Shown here: one piece after another, positions 18,645-26,050 of the stretch
Layout: every line of letters starts with the position of its first letter
Numbering within the stretch: the stretch's first letter is position 1
Virus record (IMG/VR): IMGVR_UViG_3300042924_001589
Coordinates: 1-58,266 of that record
From: a virus
Taxonomy: Duplodnaviria; Caudoviricetes
DNA length: 58,266 bases
Direction: 5' to 3' (one strand)
Notes under the pieces: model-generated
What the model was told of the DNA's origin: nothing
The model's input: the letters and a program-made list of their open reading frames with translations, nothing else
Database searches by the model: none
Position numbers and translations under genes: made by a program

Positions 18645-19127
18645 ATGACTATCAACATAAAGCCCGTAATTACCGCCTTTGACGCGACCGTGAAAGCACA
18701 CGGCTCTTTCAAGGCGAAAGTCCTCGAATTGTATTCGGGATGCAAGGCCGCCTCTGACTACCTTGCGCGACGCAAGGCCGTGAATGAGGCGATTGATAAG
18801 GCCGTGTCCGATAAGGGCAAGGCCTCAAAGGTAAAGGCCGCGATTAACACGGTATTAAACCGTGACGTTCTCGCGGCCGCTAACATCAAACTGGTAGCCC
18901 GCAAAGGCGGCCGCAAGGCCGCACCAAAGGCGACACCAAAGGCCGCGACCAGTACCGCGAAAGGCGGTAAGGCCGCGACCAGTACCGCAACGATTCAGGC
19001 CGCAACGCCTACCGATTTTCTCTCGGTGGTGTCGGCATGGGTAGCGGGAAAGAGTAAGGCCGAATTGACCTCGATGCGTTCGCGTATCGATGGCCTGTTC
19101 GCTTCTGCAATCGTCAATAGCAAGTAA
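18645..19127 (+). CDS. Ala/Lys-rich basic early protein (160 aa, histone H1-like linker)
   Basis: ATG at 18645 after GGGGA; KAAPKATPKAATSTAKGGKAATSTA tract encoded by a 20-bp direct repeat; has its own promoter and terminator. Confidence 0.75.
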   Translation: MTINIKPVITAFDATVKAHGSFKAKVLELYSGCKAASDYLARRKAVNEAIDKAVSDKGKASKVKAAINTVLNRDVLAAANIKLVARKGGRKAAPKATPKAATSTAKGGKAATSTATIQAATPTDFLSVVSAWVAGKSKAELTSMRSRIDGLFASAIVNSK

Positions 19128-19158
19128 AAACTAAAACGTCCGCGCCGATTCCATCACC

Positions 19159-19198
19159 AAGCCCCTAGGATTCACGTCCTAGGGGCTTTTTGCTTTTT
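19159..19198 (+). terminator. Rho-independent terminator
   Basis: AAGCCCCTAGGA-TTCACG-TCCTAGGGGCTT followed by a T-rich tract. Confidence 0.88.
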
Positions 19199-19199
19199 G

Positions 19200-19214
19200 C
19201 ATAACATTGTTATG
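19200..19214. repeat. 15-bp dyad CATAACATTGTTATG (copy 2), overlaps the terS stop codon
   Basis: Read directly; extends to GCATAACATTGTTATGC. Confidence 0.9.
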
Positions 19215-19770
19215 CGGAATCGCTCTCCGATTCCTCGCCATCCTCGCTGTCATCGCACTCGATGACGTCATCCTCATCATCCGTTTCGTCAGGGCTGACA
19301 GGCGCTTGCACTAACGCAGACAGACGGGCGATCAGTTCGCTCTCCACCTCGGCAGACGGACGCATGACGTTCGCCACGTTCACGTTCACCTGCTGACTGC
19401 CAGTCTCGATCAGTTTCGATGCCCTCGCCAGAATCGATAGGGCAGACACACGAGAGGCAGGCGGGCTGTTGCCATCACTTGCCTCCTCCTTCAGACGGGT
19501 GAGCGTCCACTCCCGCAGCCCGATGCTCTGCTCCAGCAACGTCTTCTCGCTCTTTCGCTTCAGCCCCTCGATGTGTCGCTGCACCCTCGGATCGCCCATC
19601 AGACGGGCGGCAGCAGAATGTATAGACGCTTTCTTCGCATTGTCTCCAGGGCGATACGCTGTGGCATACGCCTGCACCGGACGGTCGCCCTTCACCACTA
19701 ACTCGCAGAACTTGATGGCATTTTTAGTAAGAGGCTTCAGCCCTTGCATAGTCGGTTCATTGCTCGGCAT
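19210..19770 (-). CDS. terS: Terminase small subunit
   Basis: LT....KFC...V.G....QAY..AY...A.RL...P.V...I HTH-like N-terminus, SRVSAL..LA and acidic tail; upstream of terL on the same strand. Confidence 0.75.
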   Translation of the reverse strand: MPSNEPTMQGLKPLTKNAIKFCELVVKGDRPVQAYATAYRPGDNAKKASIHSAAARLMGDPRVQRHIEGLKRKSEKTLLEQSIGLREWTLTRLKEEASDGNSPPASRVSALSILARASKLIETGSQQVNVNVANVMRPSAEVESELIARLSALVQAPVSPDETDDEDDVIECDDSEDGEESESDSA

Positions 19771-19868
19771 GACGTTATGACCTTATAACGAATTTCGGAT
19801 GGTCGGAATGTACAGGGTGTGATAGGCGGCAGGCAATAGGCAGACGGGTGGATAAGTGTCAGTGGGTA

Positions 19869-19897
19869 TTGACATATGTATATACATTTGCTATAAT
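19869..19897 (+). promoter_or_regulatory. Perfect consensus sigma70 early promoter
   Basis: TTGACA-17 nt (TATGTATATACATTTGC)-TATAAT. Confidence 0.92.
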
Positions 19898-19930
19898 GGC
19901 GGAGCCAAAGTAGGAAATCACTTAACTCTA

Positions 19931-19945
19931 CATAACATTGTTATG
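19931..19945. repeat. 15-bp dyad CATAACATTGTTATG (copy 3)
   Basis: Read directly; ~30 nt downstream of the -10 box. Confidence 0.9.
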
Positions 19946-19949
19946 TGAA

Positions 19950-20460
19950 CTTCTACCGGTAGGCGGGATGGGCGAGCCTAGTTATGGGCGGTGACCCCTG
20001 AAACGATCTGGAAGAGGATCGGGACAGACTGACAATCTGTTCGGGCGTGAAGGCTGCTAGGTAGAAAGACGCGATAGCGTCTGTATGCGTAGCGAAGCGT
20101 AGCGCGCTGGCGTGTGGGCTGCACACGCAAGGAGTGAAGTCGTGACAAGTCGGTTTCTGTGTACACACACAAAAAGGTATTAGACAGCCCTTTAAGGGTA
20201 GACGATTGACGATAGATGGACTGAGGTCTGTCAGGTCACACCACCGGATAGCCGGTTCGATCGTGTTAAGCCTGTGTACATAGACGCCTAGATGACTCAC
20301 TCCGTAGCCGATACGGACAGGCAATGTATGTCCTGCGGCGTTAATGGCTGAAGCGCATAACAATGTTATGTCGCTGCCACCAGTATCCGCATATATCGCT
20401 GTACCGCATTATTGGACAGCCTAGGCTGCCTTGTTGGGAGATAGGGCAGCCGTGGGTGTT
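19950..20460 (+). ncRNA. Candidate large structured non-coding RNA / leader
   Basis: No credible long ORF. At least eight stems, including long-range pairs 19951-19957/20060-20066 and 20156-20167/20273-20284. Lies directly behind the consensus promoter. Confidence 0.5.
20356..20370. repeat. 15-bp dyad CATAACAATGTTATG (copy 4)
   Basis: Read directly. Confidence 0.9.
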
Positions 20461-20480
20461 CAACAAACCGGAGAGACGCA

Positions 20481-20702
20481 ATGCAACTGGATAAAGGTAC
20501 TTACGGTCGCCTCCAGACAGGCGGCACTACTGCCCGCGTGATGGACAACCTCCGCAACAAGGGTGCATCCCGTTGGGCAATCAAGATCAAGGGTCAGGTG
20601 ATTGTGGTGGGGGACAAACTCCACGCCGTCGCCCTGTATGAGAAGGCAGTGGCTCTGGGTGCAGAGCCTGCCCTAGTTCGCAGCGGCAAAACCGTTGCAT
20701 AA
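20481..20702 (+). CDS. Hypothetical early protein
   Basis: 73 aa with GGAG RBS; stop codon overlaps dyad copy 5. Confidence 0.7.
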   Translation: MQLDKGTYGRLQTGGTTARVMDNLRNKGASRWAIKIKGQVIVVGDKLHAVALYEKAVALGAEPALVRSGKTVA

Positions 20703-20712
20703 CTTTGTTATG
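20698..20712. repeat. Dyad variant CATAACTTTGTTATG (copy 5)
   Basis: One mismatch to consensus; overlaps a stop codon and precedes the AAAGGAG RBS. Confidence 0.85.
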
Positions 20713-20729
20713 TGAAAGGAGTGAAGGAA

Positions 20730-21089
20730 ATGGGTATTGATTATCAGGGTTTAGTGAACAAGGCACATGACGCGGGAATGTCGGCACTCAATGCCATTGT
20801 TCCCACCCCCATGGTGGTACGAGGTGGCGTACCTGGAGGTGAACAGCGGACATGGTACGTCGATGAAGGTGCGTGTGGATTCGCATGGATCGAGTTCGCA
20901 GGTAACACTGCCTTCGGTCGATGGGCGAAGAAGGCAGGCGTGGCTCACCCGCATTACCCGAAAGGGCTGTGTGTATGGGTGAGCGAGGGTGGGCAGTCGA
21001 TTGCTCGCAAGGAAGCCTATGCCATCGCCTTCGCCAAGGTGCTTAACGAGGCGGGTATTTCAGCCCGTCCCAATTCCAGACTGGATTGA
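20730..21089 (+). CDS. Conserved phage early protein (G.CGFAW family)
   Basis: GACGFAWI...QS..RKEAYA.AFA.VL...G.....SRLD motif; ATG at 20730. Confidence 0.75.
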   Translation: MGIDYQGLVNKAHDAGMSALNAIVPTPMVVRGGVPGGEQRTWYVDEGACGFAWIEFAGNTAFGRWAKKAGVAHPHYPKGLCVWVSEGGQSIARKEAYAIAFAKVLNEAGISARPNSRLD

Positions 21090-21097
21090 GGTGACGT

Positions 21098-21265
21098 ATG
21101 ACGCGCAAAGTAAGTAATCAGATTCTCGAAATGATCGAGGACGGCACCTTGAAAAAAGACATCGTGATCCTTGCCTGTCTCCAATACATGAGTGAGGACG
21201 AGGTGGCAGACATGGCTCGTATGAATGAGTTTCTGTGCGAGGAGGAACCAGATGATGAAGGCTAA
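21098..21265 (+). CDS. Small acidic early protein (55 aa, not in the ORF track)
   Basis: GAGGTG RBS; MTRKVSNQILEMIEDGTLKKDIVILACLQYMSEDEVADMARMNEFLCEEEPDDEG. Confidence 0.75.
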   Translation: MTRKVSNQILEMIEDGTLKKDIVILACLQYMSEDEVADMARMNEFLCEEEPDDEG

Positions 21266-21452
21266 AAAGTTACAGGTGACTATCGTATTTGAGTATGACG
21301 GCATCGACAACGCGGATAGTGTCGAGGCAGACGGGTGGATCGAAGGCATCAACGAGGATTTGATGGCATTCGGCATAGCCTGTGGCGCAAACCATGTATG
21401 GGTAGACGACGCCAAGGTCGTGGAGGTGGATCGGTCTACTACCTTGTCTTGA
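21252..21452 (+). CDS. Small acidic hypothetical protein
   Basis: GGAGGA RBS before ATG at 21252/21255. Confidence 0.65.
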   Translation: MMKAKKLQVTIVFEYDGIDNADSVEADGWIEGINEDLMAFGIACGANHVWVDDAKVVEVDRSTTLS

Positions 21453-21476
21453 CGTATATACAAAAGAGAGTATAAT
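21449..21476 (+). promoter_or_regulatory. sigma70-type early promoter
   Basis: TTGACG-16 nt-TATAAT with a GTATATAC core shared with the other two early promoters. Confidence 0.75.
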
Positions 21477-21539
21477 TTGCGTGTTGAATAATTATTAAAC
21501 GGAAACCCGCAAAGCGGGTGAACGCGGGGCTTGTCCCCA

Positions 21540-21554
21540 CATAACAATGTTATG
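21540..21554. repeat. 15-bp dyad CATAACAATGTTATG (copy 6)
   Basis: Read directly; immediately before the AAAGGAG RBS of the amidoligase gene. Confidence 0.9.
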
Positions 21555-21570
21555 CAAAGGAGTGAAGACC

Positions 21571-23034
21571 ATGCATATTTTCGGTTCTAAGTATTTCGCT
21601 TGGGCTTTTGACGATCCGCATGACCTATCGCGTTTCAGGCAGCGATCGTTTATCAATGCCTACCTAAAACTGTACAGCGAGAATCGTGAGACTGCTGTCA
21701 GTCTCATGGAGAAGTTCGTCAACTCCACGCCATCCTATCGTACCAACGAGTACCAAGGTACTGACGGGCGGCACAACATCACACGCCATCACTGCGTGAC
21801 TTTCATCCTGCGACCGTTGACCGACGCCTGCAAGGACGAGGGCTTCATGCTGCCATGGGTGATGTACCAAAACGAAGTCAGTTATCGGGATGAGTCCATC
21901 TCGACAGATCGACTACGCCTGTGGCATGGGTTCTGCAACGAACCCAATGTATGCGATGGCGACGATGCTGTTGAATACATGCAGAACGCAATCGGCATGT
22001 TCACCTGCGAGGACTGCGGTCACCCCACCGCAGAAGATGACTGTCCCAGCGTGGGCGACTACACCAGCATCTGCACGAGCTGCTGCGACATTAGTTATAC
22101 ATGGTCAGACTACGAGGATCGCTACATCCACAACGACGATGTATGCACTGCCCTCGATCAGTATGGCAATGGGGTGTCCATCAGTTCTAGCAACACTGGT
22201 GATTTCACCTATGATGAAGATCGCGAGATGTACGTCCACGACGAGTACGAGCCGCCGCTCATCCGCGATTACCACTCATCCAAGAGCAGCATCTCGTACA
22301 AGCCAGACGAGTGGACTGCTAGGTATGACCGATACCTGGGCGTCGAGTTGGAAGTCGAGTGCGTCGAGACCAGTCGCACTTCACAGGCGCAGATGATCAA
22401 GGATTACGTCGAGAACAGCGGTCATCGTCTGTTCTTCGAGCGTGATGGTTCGCTACAGAGCGGCTTTGAGATGATCACTGATCCCATGTCGCTACCCGCG
22501 CACCGTGACCTGTTCTCTTTCCTCAAGGAGCGACCGATCACTCGCGGTATGCGTAGCCACAACACCACCACTTGTGGTCTCCATGTCCATGTCAGCCGCT
22601 CCGGTCTGACTGACCTTCAAATCCAGAAGGTCGTGGCGTTCGTGAATTCGCCAGACAACGAATGGTTCATCCGCGCATTGGCTCGCCGCTACTCATCAGG
22701 TTTCTGTGTGGTCAAGTCCGACAAGAAGATCGGCAAGTCCATTCATATCGGACTCGACAGATACGAGGCAGTCAATCTCACTAACCGCCGCACTATCGAG
22801 TTCCGCATCTTCCGAGGCAGTCTCAAGTACGAGGCCGTGATTGCAGCAATCGAGTTCTGCCACGCCATACTCGAGTTCTGCAAGCCAGCCAACACTGGCA
22901 TCAACCAACTGTCAGCCGGTGCGTTCCTGACCTTCTGCTCAAAGCAGTTGGCAGCAGACACCAAAACCCTGCGAGCGTATGTATCGCAGCGCATCAGCGG
23001 ACGAGCAGAAGTAACAGAAGAAGAAGCCGCATAA
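21571..23034 (+). CDS. Putative amidoligase (COOH-NH2 ligase type 2) with an N-terminal Cys-rich region
   Basis: GVELEVE, DGSL..GFE..T.P, TCGLHVHVS, RY.AVN and TIEFRIF motifs; ATG at 21571. Confidence 0.85.
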   Translation: MHIFGSKYFAWAFDDPHDLSRFRQRSFINAYLKLYSENRETAVSLMEKFVNSTPSYRTNEYQGTDGRHNITRHHCVTFILRPLTDACKDEGFMLPWVMYQNEVSYRDESISTDRLRLWHGFCNEPNVCDGDDAVEYMQNAIGMFTCEDCGHPTAEDDCPSVGDYTSICTSCCDISYTWSDYEDRYIHNDDVCTALDQYGNGVSISSSNTGDFTYDEDREMYVHDEYEPPLIRDYHSSKSSISYKPDEWTARYDRYLGVELEVECVETSRTSQAQMIKDYVENSGHRLFFERDGSLQSGFEMITDPMSLPAHRDLFSFLKERPITRGMRSHNTTTCGLHVHVSRSGLTDLQIQKVVAFVNSPDNEWFIRALARRYSSGFCVVKSDKKIGKSIHIGLDRYEAVNLTNRRTIEFRIFRGSLKYEAVIAAIEFCHAILEFCKPANTGINQLSAGAFLTFCSKQLAADTKTLRAYVSQRISGRAEVTEEEAA

Positions 23035-23044
23035 CATTGTTATG
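23030..23044. repeat. 15-bp dyad CATAACATTGTTATG (copy 7), overlaps the amidoligase stop codon
   Basis: Read directly. Confidence 0.9.
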
Positions 23045-23082
23045 TAAGGCTCGACAATCAAATCAACCAAGGAGTAATGACA

Positions 23083-24018
23083 ATGTGTTTGTTAGTAGAA
23101 CAAAAGCAAGATACCCAATTCGACGACGCCTTCCTGCGTGACGTGTACAGCAAGAACCGTGACGGCATCGGCATCATGTACGCCGAGGCTGGTCATGTTG
23201 TAGTCAAGAAGTTGCTGCCCAAGACAGCGCAGGACTTTGTCGAGTTCTATCGGCAGTACGCCGATGGCCGCGACTGCATCTGGCATGCCCGTATGCAGAC
23301 TCACGGCGACATCGACCTCGACAACTGCCATCCCTACATGGTGACCAAGAACATCTGGATGGCACACAACGGCATCCTCACATCAGGCAATGACAACGAC
23401 AAGAAGAAGTCCGATACCTGGCACTTCATCCGCAATGTCATCGAGCCTGCTGTGTCGTACAACCCTGCGCTACTGCTCGATCCGCAGTATCAGGCGTTCC
23501 TTGGCGATCTAATCGGCGGCACTAACAAGTTCGGATTCATGACACACACCGGTGAGTCCGTCATCATCAATCGCAGTGCAGGCGTGACCTTCCAAGGTGC
23601 GTGGCTCTCCAACACCTACGCATGGTCTGCCGGTAAGTACGGACTGGGCGGTAAGACTTCAGGTCTGTCCGTATATTCATCCTATGGCAGTCGCTATGCC
23701 GGTGAGTATTCCTACTACGACTGGGAGGAGGGCTATTCCTACAACAAGAAAAGCAAGGAGGTATCGCGCAACTCACCGACCGAAATGAAGACGGTGGTCA
23801 AGGCTGCCTACAACTCATGGCTCAACAACAACCTACAGCAGTGGGTCAACGATGCGCCGTGGAAAGCTAGCGCCTTGTTGGAGTTCGCCTACGAGAGTGC
23901 CGAATGCGAGGACATCGTGGCAGATGATCCGGTTATGGCAGCGCAGTGGATCGAGGAGTTGTTCACCGAACACGGTCTGACACCGTTCAACATGCAAATC
24001 AACTGGGATGCGGCATAA
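23083..24018 (+). CDS. Class II (Ntn) glutamine amidotransferase
   Basis: Start at 23083 (8 nt after AAGGAG) gives Met-Cys, the N-terminal nucleophile; N.DG.G, HAR..THG, NCHP, HNG and SDT motifs. Confidence 0.87.
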   Translation: MCLLVEQKQDTQFDDAFLRDVYSKNRDGIGIMYAEAGHVVVKKLLPKTAQDFVEFYRQYADGRDCIWHARMQTHGDIDLDNCHPYMVTKNIWMAHNGILTSGNDNDKKKSDTWHFIRNVIEPAVSYNPALLLDPQYQAFLGDLIGGTNKFGFMTHTGESVIINRSAGVTFQGAWLSNTYAWSAGKYGLGGKTSGLSVYSSYGSRYAGEYSYYDWEEGYSYNKKSKEVSRNSPTEMKTVVKAAYNSWLNNNLQQWVNDAPWKASALLEFAYESAECEDIVADDPVMAAQWIEELFTEHGLTPFNMQINWDAA

Positions 24019-24033
24019 CAAGGGAGTGATGAC

Positions 24034-24444
24034 ATGGGACTAGATATGTATCTAACTGGTGAGAAGTCTTTCACCAATGATTTCAATGAGCCAGCAAACA
24101 ATGTTATGGAAGATGGCTTCCGACTGAAGTCAAAGCGATATGAACTGGGCTACTGGCGCAAGCACCCGAATCTGCATGGCTACATCGTGCAGAGTTTCGC
24201 CAGTGGTGTGGATGATTGCCGAGAGATATACCTTGCTGAACCTGACATCAGGGAAATCATATCGGCTATCAAGACTAGGAAACTGCCATTCACTGAAGGC
24301 TTCTTCTTCGGCGTCTCTCAAACAACCGATGAAAGGATTGCCGAGGATGTGGCTATCTTTCAATCCGCTTTGCTCTGGATGACTAACATGGAAAGCAGAA
24401 TGCCAGGGGAATACCGGATGGTGATCTATCAGGCCAGTTGGTAG
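24034..24444 (+). CDS. Conserved phage protein (MGLDMY...YWRK...Y.ASW family)
   Basis: Characteristic motifs; GGGAG RBS. Confidence 0.75.
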   Translation: MGLDMYLTGEKSFTNDFNEPANNVMEDGFRLKSKRYELGYWRKHPNLHGYIVQSFASGVDDCREIYLAEPDIREIISAIKTRKLPFTEGFFFGVSQTTDERIAEDVAIFQSALLWMTNMESRMPGEYRMVIYQASW

Positions 24445-24475
24445 CCGCGTTGCGGCTGTATGCAGCCATCGGCTG

Positions 24476-24490
24476 CATAACATTGTTATG
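24476..24490. repeat. 15-bp dyad CATAACATTGTTATG (copy 8)
   Basis: Read directly; preceded by two tandem hairpins and followed by an AGGAG RBS. Confidence 0.9.
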
Positions 24491-24505
24491 TAATAGGAGA
24501 TAAGC

Positions 24506-24739
24506 ATGAGCCAGTACAGTGACGATTATTACTACAACGACGATTACGATATGCATCGTGCATATCATGAGCAGAGTCAGCATCAACAGCGAGTGCTGGA
24601 GATACAGACACTGATTCGATATCACAAAACCCTAGTGGATTGCTTAGAGACGGAACTCAAGGTGATGGAGTTAGGCTTTGGTAAGAGGAAGTTCTCTGAT
24701 GCTATCCGCAGCAAACCGAATACAGACATCCCTTTCTAA
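24506..24739 (+). CDS. Hypothetical protein
   Basis: 77 aa; AGGAG RBS. Confidence 0.7.
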   Translation: MSQYSDDYYYNDDYDMHRAYHEQSQHQQRVLEIQTLIRYHKTLVDCLETELKVMELGFGKRKFSDAIRSKPNTDIPF

Positions 24740-25160
24740 GTTGTCTCGCAAGTTTCTTGGCTTGTCTGACTTCATCGAGGGACTGCCTATCGAGCATGCT
24801 CCACACCTGGCCGTGGCTGGCACTGACGGCAGCCGCCTGATGTTCAACTTCGACCACGTGGATATGCTCGATGACGATCAACTCGATGGGCTTGTCATGC
24901 ACGAGATCATTCATGTGATCGATATGCATGCCGAGCGAGCAACAGACAAGAACCTGACCCTGTGGAACTCCGCCTGTGATCTACGCAGCAACTACATTGT
25001 GCGTAGTGTGCAGATGCGAGTCCCGCAGGGTACGGCGGACAACGCAGCCTATGATGGCATGAATGTCGACTCCATCTATGGTGATCTGCTGTCGCAGTAT
25101 CGCCGGATGCGTAGGCAGTTTATGCCTAGGGCTAAAGCAATCAAAGGTAAGTTAGTGTGA
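24699..25160 (+). CDS. Stand-alone DUF2201-N-like putative metallopeptidase
   Basis: AGTDG..L.FN, HEIIH (HExxH), H..R and WN.ACD...N motifs; probable ATG at 24699. Confidence 0.7.
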   Translation: MLSAANRIQTSLSKLSRKFLGLSDFIEGLPIEHAPHLAVAGTDGSRLMFNFDHVDMLDDDQLDGLVMHEIIHVIDMHAERATDKNLTLWNSACDLRSNYIVRSVQMRVPQGTADNAAYDGMNVDSIYGDLLSQYRRMRRQFMPRAKAIKGKLV

Positions 25161-25342
25161 GAAAGAAAGATCAAACCATAGACAGGAAGATCAACGAGAT
25201 CGCCAGTCTTCGCAACCAGATAGCGGAGATGGAGATCGCGATCAACAAAGAACGCGGTGAGCGTTTAGTTGCAGAGGTGATGCTATGCGCCATGTTGTTT
25301 GGCGCTGGTGTTGTGTTGGGTTACTGGTTAGCAGGAGTGTGA
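25157..25342 (+). CDS. Small coiled-coil protein with a C-terminal transmembrane segment
   Basis: 61 aa with a hydrophobic C-terminus; coupled to its neighbours. Confidence 0.6.
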   Translation: MRKKDQTIDRKINEIASLRNQIAEMEIAINKERGERLVAEVMLCAMLFGAGVVLGYWLAGV

Positions 25343-25343
25343 C

Positions 25344-25580
25344 ATGTCATTTTCAGATAGACAGAAAGCAGCAGTGGGTTTGGCGCTTGGAATTATGTGC
25401 ATCACTGGCGGATTCATCGGTGGCTACTACGTGACACAGACCATCAATGAGATTCAGGCAGTGCAAAGTTGCGGTGCGATGTATCACCCGAAAACCGCTA
25501 AATTCCAGTGGATTCCATGCGATCCCACCAACATGACGATCATCTCTGAGGAGGACAGAGCGTGGCAGGAAAAGCAGTAA
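25344..25580 (+). CDS. Small membrane-anchored protein
   Basis: N-terminal hydrophobic helix; AGGAG RBS. Confidence 0.6.
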   Translation: MSFSDRQKAAVGLALGIMCITGGFIGGYYVTQTINEIQAVQSCGAMYHPKTAKFQWIPCDPTNMTIISEEDRAWQEKQ

Positions 25581-25828
25581 AGAAGAACAAGGCGCTGGAC
25601 GATCTGATCGTGGTACTGAATAGCCACACCTACGAGATGATCCAGTCTCTGATTGTGGCTGAACTCATGTCCACTCTGGACTGCCTTGAGCATGACCTGA
25701 AGAAGCGCAAGGCTGGTGGATATGAGTACGGTGTCTTCTCGTCTGACAAGCGGGAGGACATCAAGATAATCCAGCAGCACATCGACGCGATGAAGTTGGT
25801 CACCGCCTACTTCGGTGTCAAGGAATGA
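25562..25828 (+). CDS. Hypothetical protein
   Basis: 88 aa; GGAGGA RBS before a GTG start. Confidence 0.6.
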   Translation: MAGKAVKKNKALDDLIVVLNSHTYEMIQSLIVAELMSTLDCLEHDLKKRKAGGYEYGVFSSDKREDIKIIQQHIDAMKLVTAYFGVKE

Positions 25829-25831
25829 GAT

Positions 25832-26050
25832 ATGGAACGCAAGTACACCAAGATATCCAGGTACAACCCGCGCATATCGTTTGATCAGTACGCAACCCTA
25901 CTGCAGCGCAAAGCCAATGCCGTCAACAATAGGACTAAGTATCGTGATCTGGTGAAGGCGTGGGGCATAGGGCAGTCTGTATTGGGGACTGCCCTCAAGC
26001 GCGGTATCAAGCAATACGACTACAAGATATGGAAGGAGACGCAAAGATGA
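25832..26050 (+). CDS. Small basic hypothetical protein (possible HTH)
   Basis: 72 aa; YRDLVKAWGIGQSVLGTALKRG resembles a helix-turn-helix. Confidence 0.55.
   Translation: MERKYTKISRYNPRISFDQYATLLQRKANAVNNRTKYRDLVKAWGIGQSVLGTALKRGIKQYDYKIWKETQR

Noticed and set aside
19773-19790. CGTTAT-GACCTT-ATAACG upstream of terS as a Zur box or further dyad copy
   Set aside because: Half-site order is inverted relative to the dyad and the spacing does not fit Zur; single instance.
19953-20363. 136-aa minus-strand ORF across the structured region
   Set aside because: Atypical composition, no RBS, starts inside a dyad and runs against the strong promoter.
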